DNA of 63,065 nucleotides, filler included, from Octopus bimaculoides (taxonomy: Eukaryota), in the NCBI RefSeq assembly GCF_001194135.2. It is 5 parts of 5 records of this genome, joined end to end, with 100 filler letters (N's around TTAATTAATTAA, not from the genome) between each part and the next. Parts side by side here need not be neighbours in the genome. Positions count along the whole stretch, not along the records: positions 31,584 to 53,513 come from NC_068983.1; 4 more parts are not named here. One strand, 5' to 3'. A program made the translations under genes and the position numbers. Below are positions 38,362 through 51,274 of this stretch, in pieces (position 1 is the first letter of the stretch; each line of letters begins with the position of its first letter). The notes under the pieces are model-generated. The model did not search any database. It had not been told where the DNA came from and saw only the letters and a program-made list of their open reading frames with translations.

Positions 38362-39092
38362 TTGTATCCTCAAAATAGACTTAGTAAACAATGTCTATCC
38401 AATATTCTGGATGTACCAGCGTCACACACGCTTTAAAGATCGTAAACTTAGTATATAAACAGTTCTGTTCTTGCTGTATCCAGATGTAATCCGGTCGTAA
38501 TTTGTTTTCAAATTGAATAATACACATTCAGAAACTAAACCAGAATGAAGCTAGTATTATGTGTGGGAATAGCATAAAATTTGTATGTTTATACTTATGT
38601 CACAGAAGTAAGTTTAGCGAAGTAGCACATCCTGTGACGCCGCTATATATTACTAGTATTCTATGTCCCAATGTTCCGCTGTCTTATGTGCATGAGATGG
38701 AATTACTAGTAAACAAAATAAAATACACGACCTCGTAGTCATAGTGTACTGGTATAACCCCATTAAAAGACATGCACGCACGCAGACACACATGCACACA
38801 TACAGAAGCAGAGAAAGAGAGTGACTGTGAATGAGAGAGAGAGAGAGAGTGAATGAGAGAGATAGAGAGAGAGAGAGAGAGAGTGAATGAGAGATAGAGA
38901 GAGAGAGAGAGTGAATGAGTGAATGAGAGAGAGAGAGAGAGAGGAAAGAGTTAGGGGAACAAAATGAGGGAAATAAACTTAAAAGCTTTCTCTATTGAGA
39001 GGCTCTATAATGTATGTATGTATGTATGTATGTATGTATGCCTGTACGTACGTGTGTGTGCATATATATATATATATATGCAGCTGCCTGTA

Positions 39093-39158
<66 letters not shown>

Positions 39159-39764
39159 CCTATCTATATATATATATGCATAGACGAATGAATAATTACT
39201 TTAGAAAGAGGAACGATTAATTAACATGTAATCCAAATATTAGATTAGTATTTCCCCGCCTGTCCACCTAGAAAAACAAACACTCGTATTGAAGACACAA
39301 TGTACAGAACATGTCTCTGAAACTATCTACATTTTTCTAATCTTCAACTCAGAATGGTGCTCTCGACACAGGGAATGCTGTGTAATCTCTACTGCATACA
39401 AACTGGTTTATATCCCTGCAGAAGCCTTAATTAGCTATTAAAATATACAGTCAGTCAATAAGTAGATTATCAAACATTCTGATGTCATTTTGTCGTAGAA
39501 AACGAACAACAACAGAAGTTAATATAAAACATTAGACTGTTTGACTTCGTATGATGATGATGATGGTGGTGGTGGTGGTGGTGGTGGTAGTGGTGGTGAT
39601 GATAATGATGATGATGATGATAATCATGATGGCGATGATGATGACGATGATGACAATGTCGATGATGATGTTGATAGTGAAGATGATGATGATCATCATC
39701 ATCATTATCAGCAGCAACCACAGCAGTAGGAGCAGCACCATCACCCTCACCGTCACTATCATCG

Positions 39765-39817
<53 letters not shown>

Positions 39818-40531
39818 GGTCAAGTAACGGTAACAATGGTAACGACTAATCCCTCCCCCCAAAATTGCTGGCCTTGTGTCTAAATTAGAAGCCAGTATTT
39901 GATCCTATTCCTTCCATTGTGAGTTCAAATCTTGTTGAGGCTAACTTCGGTTTTCATTCTTTCGAGGTTTATATAATAAAGTAACAATCAAGTACTGATG
40001 TCGATTTTTATCGACTAAACCACTCACCCAAATTACAAAATTTTTGCTTCAGAAAGAGAAATCGACCGGCCAATTCGTACATTGCAAGTGAAATCTGTGA
40101 GTGGAACAGTAAGAATATGCAAGACTTTTCTCAAATTCCAAATGTGAATTTGTCTGAGTTAACTACATTCCAAAGATGAAGCCTTGTATCTTTGTTGGAA
40201 ACCGGCTTCTTCCTCAGAGGAAGTTTTATAATAATTAAAAAATAGAAGAGACATACATACATACATACATACATACATACATACATGCATACATACATAC
40301 GTGCATACATGCATACATACATACGTACACACGTACGTACGTACATACTCTGTTGATGGCGTAGAAATTCCAATGAAGGAGCCTTGGTTCTAGGTTAGAA
40401 ACCTGCTCTTTCTCTATTGAAAGAAATCTTGAAATAAAGCCGAATAATGGCATACATTTAGATATATACACATACATGTATACATACATACACACATACA
40501 TACACGCATATATGTATATTAATGTATATAA

Positions 40532-40567
<36 letters not shown>

Positions 40568-40898
40568 ATATGATGTATTAAGATAAAACTTACTTGGAGG
40601 CAATGCGTGGCGTTCGATCATATAATAACATAAATAGATGGAGTAGATGGAGCAGGGACAACTGAAGAAGGGTAATATTCTTTATGTTGCATGTCTCGTT
40701 TCTCATTGTGTTTTTTTGTGATGTCCTGTACCCATATATGCTTGTATGTATACATATAGATGTCGGTATGTACATATATGTATGGATATATGCATATGAT
40801 TAAATATGATGTATCTCTTTTGTCTATAAATTTATAAATTCATATTATGCATGTTATATATATGCTTGTATGTATATATGTATGCATAACCCGCTCTA

Positions 40899-40944
<46 letters not shown>

Positions 40945-41527
40945 AGTCAGTCATTGTGTCCGTCTGTCTATCTGTCTGTATATGTGTATGTATATTCTTA
41001 TGTCAAACATAGAACCTGACAAAAGCTGTATGAGTGTTTCTAACGAAACTGAAAGCTAATAGTTTTGATCATTTATTGATTTTAAAAAAAAAGATCTTCG
41101 GCGATTGATATTTATTTTACATATATGCGATCAATACAATACATATTGACAGAATTTTTCCAAAAAGCCTCTCAGACAAAAGGACTGCGAAAGAACAGTA
41201 ATGTTTGCGAGGGGTGGTCTGGTTTAATATAAATTGTGGTGACGTAGCCGAGTGGTCTGTTTAATACTTTCATCAGACTCTACTTTGAAGCAAACATTCG
41301 GACCAAGTTTCCATGGATACTATTTGCACAGCTAGGTTAAATGTGTGTTTATTAAACGTAACCATGAAAATTTATCGCAGTACTTCAGTCAATGTATCTA
41401 CAAACGCCAACGAATGGACTGATGTGAAAATAAGCTAAAACAGTGCCTGTAGTTCATCGCATTTTTCATAAGCAGCTATAAACCAAGTACTCTGTTTGTT
41501 TGTCTATCTGTTTGTCTGTCTTCCAGT

Positions 41528-41916
41528 TGTTGTTGTTGGCACTCCGTCGCTTACGACGTCGAGGGTTCCAGTTGATCCGATCAACGGAACAGCCTGCTCG
41601 TGAAATTAACGTGCAAGTGGCTGAGCACTCCACAGACAAGTGTACCCTCAACGTAGTTCTCGGGGATATTCAGCGTGACACAGTGTGACAAGGCTGGCCC
41701 TTTGAATTACAGGCACAACAGAAACAGGAAGTAAGAGTGAGAGAAAGTTGTGGTGACAGTGTACAGCAGGGTTCGCCACCATCGCCTGCCGGACCCTCGT
41801 GGAGCTTTTAGGTGTTTTCGCTCAATAAACACCCACAACGCCCGGTCTGGGAATCGAAACCGCGATCCTATGACCGCGAGTTCGCTGCCCTAAACACTGG
41901 GCCATTGCGCCTCCAC
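41528..41916 (-). mobile_element. tRNA-derived SINE, family C (full length)
   Basis: Near-identical to 32372-32756, with a (CAA)n tail and an 11-bp TSD TGTCTTCCAGT (41517-41527, 41917-41927). Confidence 0.92.
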
Positions 41917-42574
41917 TGTCTTCCAGTAGATTGAATGAAACAGACATTCCCGAGGAGGTGGTAATGACTGTCGAAACTAACCGAGCGCGTTCTCCCCACC
42001 CAACCCAAATATTTTCTTACTATTATTTATTTGAATGCGCTTTAAGATAATAACCCCTCTTTTAACGCATGCGCGAACATGCTCATACACATACATACAT
42101 ACATACATAGATACACTTATCAAAGTTTAATGTCGTACAAGAAAACCTTCATCCCTGAGTCATTTACGCGCATGTGTGTTGTGTACGAGTGCCCATGAAT
42201 AGTTGTATGAAATAGAATAGGCTGCTACTATAACGTTAGATGCAGATAGTTTGCAGAGAACTGCAACTATTTTTGAAACAGCTGTAAGGTAAAATCTGCA
42301 TATCTTTTTTCTTCTCTTTCAGTTTTTAGATTTTTACCTGTAACGACCTTCTTCTAAGAGCCAAACTTTGTAATATCAATACTACGAACTTATCTTATGC
42401 CTATTTCTGGAGTCTACTATTGTAAATCGTAGCTATTATGAACATCCCTTAGCAAAACTCATACAGATCTCCTGAAATTTATACTCTTTTGCTCGTTTTA
42501 TACTCTATACTCGTTTCTCTCTCTGTGTTATATAAACATAAACATGTGAAATCGAAATCGAAATCGAACCAAAT

Positions 42575-43050
42575 TCGATGACTGGCACCTCTGCCAGTGG
42601 AGCGCTAACAGCACCATCCGAGCGTGATCATTGCCAGAGCAGCTGTCTGGCTTCCGTGCCGGTGGCACGTAAAAAGCACCATTTTGAGCGTGATCGTTAC
42701 CAGCGTCGCCTTACTGGCACTTGTGCCGGTGGCACGTGAAAAAGCATTCGAGCGAAGTCGTTGCCAGTGCCGCTGGACTGGCTCCTGTGCAGGTGGCACG
42801 TAAAATACACCATTTGAGCGTAGCCGTTGCCAGTACCGCCTGACTGGCCCTCGTGCTGGTGGCACGTAGAAGCACCCACTACACTCTCGGAGTGGTTGGC
42901 GTTAGGAAGGGCATCCAGCTGTAGAAACTCTGCCAGATCAGATTGGAGCCGGGTGCAGTCTTCTGGTTTGCCAGTTCTCAGTCAAACAATCCAACCTATC
43001 CCAGCATGGAAAGCAGACGTTAAATGACGAAGATGATGATGATGATGATG
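42575..43050 (+). mobile_element. Retroposon family D with internal tandem units of about 65-70 bp and a (GAT)n tail
   Basis: About four GGTGGCACGT(A)AAAAGCA..GTTGCCAGT units, then TTGGCGTTAGGAAGGGCATCCAGCTGTAGAAAC..GACGTTAAATGA(GAT)n. Decayed copies lie at 21770-22055 and 27870-28030. Confidence 0.82.
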
Positions 43051-43200
43051 TCATAATCTAACCTGATACACGTTTGCTTATCAATATTTATATTCTATTA
43101 TACGTGTAACATTACATTGTCTGCAGGCAACTCTTATTTAAGTTGCTACCACATTCCTGCATATACATATATGTATATATATATTTACACATACAATTAT

Positions 43201-43252
<52 letters not shown>

Positions 43253-44082
43253 ACACGTTTCCGTCTACTAAATCCCCTCAGAAGGCTTTGGTCAACTCGA
43301 GGCTATAGTAGAAGACACTTGCCCAAGGTGCCACGCAATGGGATTGAACCCAGAACCATGTTGTTGAAGCAAGCTTCTAACCACACAGCCACGCCTGCGC
43401 CTATGTATATATATCCCAAGTATAGACAAACAGTAAACTTTTCAGGTCAGCATAACATTACGTTATGGAGCTAATTGAATGCAAATCTTTTAGTTCAGGN
43501 NNNNNNNNNNNNNNNNNNNNNNNNNNNNNNNNNNNNNNNNNNNNNNNNNNNNNNNNNNNNNNNNNNNNNNNNNNNNNNNNNNNNNNNNNNNNNNNNNNNN
43601 NNNNNNNNNNNNNNNNNNNNNNNNNNNNNNNNNNNNNNNNNNNNNNNNNNNNNNNNNNNNNNNNNNNNNNNNNNNNNNNNNNNNNNNNNNNNNNNNNNNN
43701 NNNNNNNNNNNNNNNNNNNNNNNNNNNNNNNNNNNNNNNNNNNNNNNNNNNNNNNNNNNNNNNNNNNNNNNNNNNNNNNNNNNNNNNNNNNNNNNNNNNN
43801 NNNNNNNNNNNNNNNNNNNNNNNNNNNNNNNNNNNNNNNNNNNNNNNNNNNNNNNNNNNNNNNNNNNNNNNNNNNNNNNNNNNNNNNNNNNNNNNNNNNN
43901 NNNNNNNNNNNNNNNNNNNNNNNNNNNNNNNNNNNNNNNNNNNNNNNNNNNNNNNNNNNNNNNNNNNNNNNNNNNNNNNNNNNNNNNNNNNNNNNNNNNN
44001 NNNNNNNNNNNNNNNNNNNNNNNNNNNNNNNNNNNNNNNNNNNNNNNNNNNTATGTATGTATGTATGTATATATGTATGTAT

Positions 44083-44124
<42 letters not shown>

Positions 44125-44212
44125 AATCCCAAAAAAGAAGAGCAAACACAACAACGTGAGGACGTGGTACATGTAAAGTATTAGCAGACGCTCAGGGAAG
44201 GAAAGAAAGGTG

Positions 44213-44247
44213 GTTTAACGTTTCGAGCAACGCTCTTCTTCAGAAAC
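44213..44247 (-). ncRNA. Minimal type I hammerhead ribozyme motif (Penelope-type)
   Basis: GUUU CUGAAGA A GAGC-GUU-GCUC GAAA CGU U AAAC. Helix I is 4 bp, the core CUGANGA/GAAA is intact, helix II is 4 bp, and helix III is the loop-less palindrome ACGU. Predicted cleavage is between plus 44217 and 44216. Confidence 0.6.
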
Positions 44248-44340
44248 AGAGGAAAGTCCAGTAGAAAGGAAGACGGTGGAAGAAAATCGCCAACGATTCA
44301 CATGTGGTTACATTTATATAGATATATGTGTGTGTAATTG

Positions 44341-44600
44341 TAAGATCCAAGGATCTAGGCGTAGGAAGTTAGTAAGTTTCGAGCAGTCCCTAGTAAGTAT
44401 AAAAAACAATTTTCAGGTACAATAATAGTTTATTGGCGTAGAAGGTTGTAGGCTTTTCTTATATCGAAGTTCGATAAACTGGAAAAGGTTTTTTTCATAG
44501 TTCATGGTTAGCAACTAGGGTTGCTATGAATGCGAATAAAAATCCAAATTGACGGAATGGAGCAAGTAAAATCCAGGTTAGGAAACATATGTAGCCTAGA
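44341..44600 (+). repeat. Unclassified interspersed repeat of about 260 bp; second copy at 61095-61350
   Basis: Shared blocks include CCAA.GATC.AGGCGTA, GTTTATTGGCG.AGAA.GTTGT, CAT/CACGGTTAGCAAC and TAAAATCCAGG. Confidence 0.75.
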
Positions 44601-44640
44601 TTTTACCTTCTCCATTCTCTCAATTTGGATTTGTATGTAT

Positions 44641-45664
44641 ATATATTTATAGTCTATATAAACGACATTTCAAGCGTCATCAAACACAGCAAAGTGAAAA
44701 TATTCGCTGATGGCTCCAAGATCCAGAAAATTATCAAAGGAGAAAAAGACCGAAGTGAACCCCAGTCTGATCTACATACTGTAAGTCAAGGGACAGACAA
44801 AATCAAAATGCGACTAAACAAGGGAAAATTTGAACTGATGCATTTTGGAAAAAAGACTGTGCTAAAACAATCACATTCTCTTCCTTCAGGGGAACCACTC
44901 ATAGCATCTAATAATATCAGAGACCTAGGAGTTATTGTTGACAACAATCTCAGCTGGAGTGCCCACATCAACAATAAGGTCAATATAGCTTGTAGGATGA
45001 TCTTCTGGATCATAAGAACCTTCCGGTCTAGAGAAGAAAGTGTCATCAATCCTCTTTTCTCTTCCTTTGTAGGCCACACCTCAAATACTGCTGGCCCTGT
45101 GGTCTCCCCAGACAAAACAAAACATTTCGAAAATTGAATCACTCCAGAGGGCATTCACTAAAAGAATTAAGGGCATGACTGGTCTCGATTATTGGGATTG
45201 CCTTAAAGCAATGAAACTCTATTCTTTCCAGCGCCGCCGTGAGCGATACGTCATTTGCATGATGTGGAGAATATACCACCAGCATTGACCAAATGACCTC
45301 AACATTAGTTTCAGAATTCATCCAAGGCTAGGACCATGGGCCATACGTCTCTTATCCAATTCAAGATCACAACATAAATACATTGCAACACAATTTCTTT
45401 CCCTCCTGTCCTATTTAGCATTGTTCCAAAACAGATCAAAGAGAAAGAGGATCCCATCACCTTCAAACGGAATCTGGACAGATTTCTTCAAGGGATACCA
45501 GATAAGCCACCTATACCTGGATACAACTTACTCAACAAGAACTACCTACTCGAACAGGCCATGATACCACAAAACTTGACTTTAAAAAGATTAAGCAAAT
45601 CCTATCAAGTGGTGCTATTAAGTTAGATATGGCTTGGACCAATCTTTGGTCGAAACATTTCTAA

Positions 45665-45666
<2 letters not shown>
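44641..45666 (+). mobile_element. 5'-truncated, decayed CR1-clade LINE (RT C-terminal half, 3' UTR, (TA)n tail)
   Basis: Reads IFIVYINDIS..KVKIFADGSKI (FADD mutated), IRDLGVIVDNNLSWSAHIN and IIRTFRSRE, then after a frameshift LQRAFTKRIKGM..DYWDCLKAMKLYSFQRRRERY. Ends in (TA)n at about 45667. Confidence 0.88.
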
Positions 45667-45720
<54 letters not shown>

Positions 45721-46121
45721 CTCTAAATGATTAATACGGAAGACAGAGTGTACTGGAGGCTTTACTTAGGACAACGATCGTTTCGGCTTACTTCTGCACT
45801 GTTCTCTAGTGGTTGGAGAACGATGTAATGGACTCGAATGCACCCATCGTGCAGAAGAAACTTCCTCAGACACATAAAGCCGTTCGCTGATAGGTGGGGC
45901 AAGATGATGTTGGTTTCATATGCGTGCTAGTAGTTCATCAGTTGATTATAACACTGAATCACATTATATGGTCTGAAGAGGTTTCTTCTACACTGTGGGG
46001 TGCACTCGACTCTATTACATCGTTCCTCACCCACTAGGGAGCATGCAGAAGTAAGCCAAAGCGACCGTTGTCCTAAATAATGCTTTCAGTACACTCTGTC
46101 CTCCGTGTTAATCATTTAGAA
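45721..46121. repeat. Inverted repeat with arms of about 150 bp (45721-45872 / 45971-46121), each carrying a hammerhead-like motif with a long helix II
   Basis: The arms are reverse complements at roughly 80% identity by eye. The left arm on the minus strand reads CUGAGGA..CUUCUGCAC..GUGCAGAAG..CC GAAACGAUCGU U. Confidence 0.8.
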
Positions 46122-46376
46122 TACACTCAACGTGCACCGAGGAATTCCTTACGTACATCTAGCAACGAGAGTGCATTACTCCAGCCGCAAGCGATGAACG
46201 TGCTCTGTAGGCACACTACACGGGACATTCCCATAACAAGGTTTGGATACGACTCCTTAAAATCTCCTAGCTAAACTTTAATTTTAAATACAACTTATAC
46301 ATACACACACACACGCACACACACGCATGCAAATGTATGTATATATATATACATACATATATGTATGTATGTATGC

Positions 46377-46426
<50 letters not shown>

Positions 46427-46762
46427 NNNNNNNNNNNNNNNNNNNNNNNNNNNNNNNNNNNNNNNNNNNNNNNNNNNNNNNNNNNNNNNNNNNNNNNNNN
46501 NNNNNNNNNNNNNNNNNNNNNNNNNNNNNNNNNNNNNNNNNNNNNNNNNNNNNNNNNNNNNNNNNNNNNNNNNNNNNNNNNNNNNNNNNNNNNNNNNNNN
46601 NNNNNNNNNNNNNNNNNNNNNNNNNNNNNNNNNNNNATGCCTACATACATATGAATATATATATATGTACACACATGCATACATATATACATACACACAC
46701 ACACACATATATATACACACACACGCATACATGCATACATGTATATACACACACATGCATGC

Positions 46763-46830
<68 letters not shown>

Positions 46831-47470
46831 CCTCAGTGTATGTTTTACTCTATGCACCCTTGTCTCTCTGCGTCCATGTCTCTGTCTTCTCTTTGTTCCA
46901 CATACAATAGTTGTTGTTTAGGTGACATAGTTTGCAGGGATTTGGCGATTTTCAATAGGCTGCAACGAACCAACCAAACATCTCCCTTTCCCCCCATCCA
47001 CCTTTTCACCGCCTCCTCACACACGCACGTGCGCACTAACCTCTCCTACTAACCCCATTAGACATAAATAGATTCACGATGTAAACAATATCCTCCACCC
47101 ACCTCTGCTTCCCTCCTCTCTCTAAATCTATTCACCTTATTTATCAGTCTATCAGTCTGTCACGTTCCCTCCTCTTCTCTTTCGATCTTTTTCTTTCTCT
47201 ACAACCGTGTACACGTTCTCTTTCTGTCTCTTTTTCTTAGTACCCATCATTAATGGAAGGATTTAGATAATGACGTTAATAATCGATAATTGATTTATCG
47301 ATCTCCACACCAAACTGCATCTTGTGATTGATAAATGTTGATAGTAGAGAAATACGCTGCTTGATGATGTTAACAAGTGGAAGTGAAGGGGAGGACAGTG
47401 AGAAACTGACGGGAGAATGTGGAGGTAGGTGTGCCGCATGTATGTGATAATGTGTTTGTGTGTGTGCGTA

Positions 47471-47502
<32 letters not shown>

Positions 47503-47568
47503 CGTGTATAAGAATGTGTAAGTTGAGTGCACGTGTACGAATGTGTGTATGAATGTGTGTGGGTGGGT

Positions 47569-47610
<42 letters not shown>

Positions 47611-47634
47611 NNNNNNNNNNGTGTGTGGGTGGGT

Positions 47635-47672
<38 letters not shown>

Positions 47673-47705
47673 GGAGAGAGAGAGAGAGAGAGAAGGAGAG
47701 AGATA

Positions 47706-47751
<46 letters not shown>

Positions 47752-48362
47752 CAGAGAGAAGGCTTGAATGTAATTGCGAGGAGCGTGTGTGTATGTGTTT
47801 GTGTACACTGCGCATGTGTATTTGAGTGTGAGTATCATTGCGAATGTACGTATGTGCGTGTGTATACCAGTGTATGTGTTTGAATGTATATATGTGTGTG
47901 TATGGCTGTGTGCGTGTATTCCTCTGTTTGTGTGTGCATGTGTGTACGTATGAGTATGCGTGAGTGCAACTGAGTGTGTGCATATTCGAATGTGTGTGTA
48001 TTTGATTATGTGTTTTAATGAGTGTGCGTACACGTGAATGTATGTTATTTGTGCGCAAATATGTCTGCAGGTGTGTGTCCCTGTATGAGTGTATATGTGT
48101 ATGGAAGTATATATGCAAGAGTGCGTACAGGTATGGGCATAAGTGCGTGTGCGTATGTGTGTATGTGTATGTACGTATGTGGGTGCATGTCAGTATATGT
48201 GTAAAATGAGTGTGTGTATGTGTGTGTGTGTATGTGTGTGAATGCGTATGCACGCGGGATTGTCTGTGTACGTGTATTTATATGTTGCCTGAGAATGTGT
48301 AGTTTTAGTTGTGCACATGTAAGCATGTGTGTGTTTGTATGTGCGTATGTGTGTGTGTGCAT

Positions 48363-48401
<39 letters not shown>

Positions 48402-49099
48402 TGTGCGTGTGTATACGCACATGTGTGCCGTGATAGAGAGTAGAGAGTAACAAGTATGATAGAATTATTATGTATGATTGACGTGAAAGTGGTTGGTGAG
48501 GAAGTAGTGAGTGAGTGATGGGATTGACTGATTGGATGGATTGATGGATGGATGGACTGATTGGATAGCTGGGATGTGTGGATTGATGGGATGGTCGATG
48601 CCTAGAAGAATCGACTATTTAAATGGGTAGATGGGTGGACGGACAAACGATGCTTTCCGATCTGCAACTGTTGCAGGTTTTCGACAAACGCAAACTTTAT
48701 TATTTCTATGGCTCACTGCCACTACTCCTCTTCTTTAGCCCCTCCTTTTCTTTTCTTCCTCCTTTTCATGCACATGACCCAGTATTTGAAATAGGGCCGG
48801 CCCGAATCGATCGATCAATCGATCTATTTATCGATCGATCATAACAGTACAAAAGAAAGGAAATGATTCTGTGATCACAGTCATGGATGGAAGTAGATGA
48901 CACCACTCACTTGTAATATCAGCATCATGATCAGGTATCATTATATAACATACTAAATAAATGTATAAAAATAAAAAATAAAATAAAAAAGATGGCAGTA
49001 ACTACTAATTACAGTAAGGGCAATTGAAATAGTGTGTCTTACCCAAGACACTCATCCCCTAGAGGGCTAGGTGTCTTAGGCAAGACATTAAAGTCTCCG

Positions 49100-49395
49100 A
49101 TGGTGAAGCTTCAGCTCGCGAGTTCAAAAGTTTTGAAAAGTTACCCCTTAATTACCTTCTTAAGTCATGCTGACTCATACGGGCTGGTTTCCCTGTTTCA
49201 TGGTGTATATATTCCCCACCTGGACGGGACGCTAGTCCGTCGCAGGATTACTAATTTTTGCCAGCTGAGTGGACTGGAGCAACGTAAAATGAAGTGTTTT
49301 GCTCATGAAAACAACACGTCGCCCGGTCCCGGAATCGAAATCACAATCTGACGATCATGAGTCCAACAGCCTAATCACTAAGCCACGCGCCTCTA
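49100..49395 (-). mobile_element. tRNA-derived SINE, family E (CORE-like TTGTG.CCTTGAGCAA.ACACTT motif)
   Basis: Head GTAGAGGCGCGTGGCTTAGTG..TTCGATTCC. Related copies: 6549-6660 (+), 7093-7345 (+), 15955-16105 (-), 37044-37135 (+). Confidence 0.75.
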
Positions 49396-50886
49396 CAAGT
49401 TACCCCTTACTCACCTCAGCTCCCCGGTCCTCTATGTTTCGGTGTGGTAATACCTGTTAAGAGACTCGGTTATGGGTTAAATAGCAGAAGATAGTCCTGT
49501 GGCTAAGGCATACAAGACTTGGCCCCCTAGACAAGTATCACGCAAGCCCAGCGGTGTATGGTCGTGCCCTGATGTAATATGAACTACTCCTCCTGCTTAA
49601 CGGTTAAATAGGTTCTGTGCCCCAGAGTAAGCTCGGGAAAGCAGCAATCGAGCAGAGTGAACTGTAAATAAACCGGCAGAAAGCAACGAGAAAACACTGC
49701 TGTAGCTTTCCCGAAAAAATATAAATGAATCTTCAAACTTTAGTATGGAGATCCACGATCGTCGACTCCTGCAGGCATGGCTCATAGAAAGAGAAGAGAA
49801 ATGAGGTGAGATTGATATACGTTATTGTCACTAGCGAGTCAAAAAACAGTCTTCAGTGAGGTGACAGTATCTTATCTTATCTTTGGAATAAATCCACATA
49901 TTTCATAAGGACAAATCTCAGTTAAGTCTTGGAGGGAAATGAACTTAGAATAAAACTATTGAGAGGGTTGAGGTGCGGGCTTTACGTTACAGGTAGAATT
50001 TTTATCGATTCCGGGTGTAAGAGAAATCATGACTCTCTTGGCAGAGATTGAACTCAGAATGAAAGTATCGATGGAGATGGAATACAGTTTTACTGGTACA
50101 GTTTTTATCGGTGCCAAGAGAATGAAAAGCAACGATGATCTCGACGGGATTGAACACGGAGCGTACTGGGTCGTAACTAAATATTGGTATCTAATATTGA
50201 TTGGTACAAGGCTATAAACCCTGGAATGAACGTGAAGGCATTTAAATCGATCGTAGTTTTTAACTTGTACTTGTACGAGCTAATATTGGAACTTCAACGT
50301 TGTCGCTTGATATGTTAGAAGTAGCAGCCAATCTTCTTTAGAATACCCTATACGTTTTAAACGAGAATGGAATAAGGGGATGGAATGATTAGATGGACAG
50401 ATGGATGAGTTTGTGGATGAATGGATGGCTGGGTGGATGTAGTGGAGGGAAGGTACGATGGATAAATCAACCATTTGCATTAAGTATGATACACAGATGT
50501 CTATGTATAATCTAACACTGCTTCTGTTGCATATAGCAGATTTTTATTTAGTTGGGCGTTTAATTACAACTCCAGTGATTATTCAATCAGTAGTAATGGA
50601 TTTTGTTTTAGCATACGGTTGGCTGTAAGTGCACACTACTGACAAAGCCTAACGAAACAGAAATGCGCCACTAGCCTTCATCCCATTACTGCTGGACGAT
50701 TCTCGTCTGCTACTGATATTGTATTTTTAAACATAACATTTACATAAGAGATTATTTCCGGATGAACGGACGAAGTTGCATTTTCGCAATGTAATTACAT
50801 TAAGTATCATACACCAACGGTTATTTTAATCTCATACAGTTTATGTGAGAGCCCTATAACGCAATAAAACTTTTCAGTATACACTT

Positions 50887-51090
50887 AAAGCGGCGAGCTG
50901 GAAGAATCGTTAGCACGCCGGGTAAGATGCTTTGCACCATTTCGTCTGTCTTTACTTTCTGAGATCAAATTCCGCCGAGGTCGACTTATTCTTTCGGGGG
51001 TCGATAAAATATGCACCAGTTGAACTCTGGGTACGATGTAATTGACTCACTCCTCCCCCAAAATTGCTGGCCTTGTGCCAAAATTTGAAA
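50887..51090 (+). mobile_element. SINE family A (CpG-rich copy)
   Basis: Consensus match from AAAGCGGCGAGCTGG to AAATTTGAAAC. Confidence 0.88.
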
Positions 51091-51274
51091 CGTGATATAT
51101 ATGTATGTATGTGAGTGTGTGTATATATATATGATATATGTATATATATATATATATATATATACATGCATACATACATACATGCGTACATACATGCGTA
51201 CATACATACATGCATACACACACATATATATATGTATACACATTAGCACATACATACACGCATATATACATGCA

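Noticed and set aside
38099-38391. Minus-frame AFCERSFDCF.. repeat as C2H2 zinc fingers
   Set aside because: The period is 24 aa rather than 28, and it lacks the C-x2-C and H-x3-H pattern and the TGEKP linker.
40053-40108. 56-nt AG..GTAAGA exon-like segment
   Set aside because: The acceptor derives from a SINE tail, and the peptide is short and unrecognisable. It is indistinguishable from chance.
50588-50695. 12-14 bp inverted repeat CAGTAGTAATGG / CCATTACTGCTG
   Set aside because: There is a single short stem with no convincing inner structure or family motif, which is plausible by chance in 63 kb.
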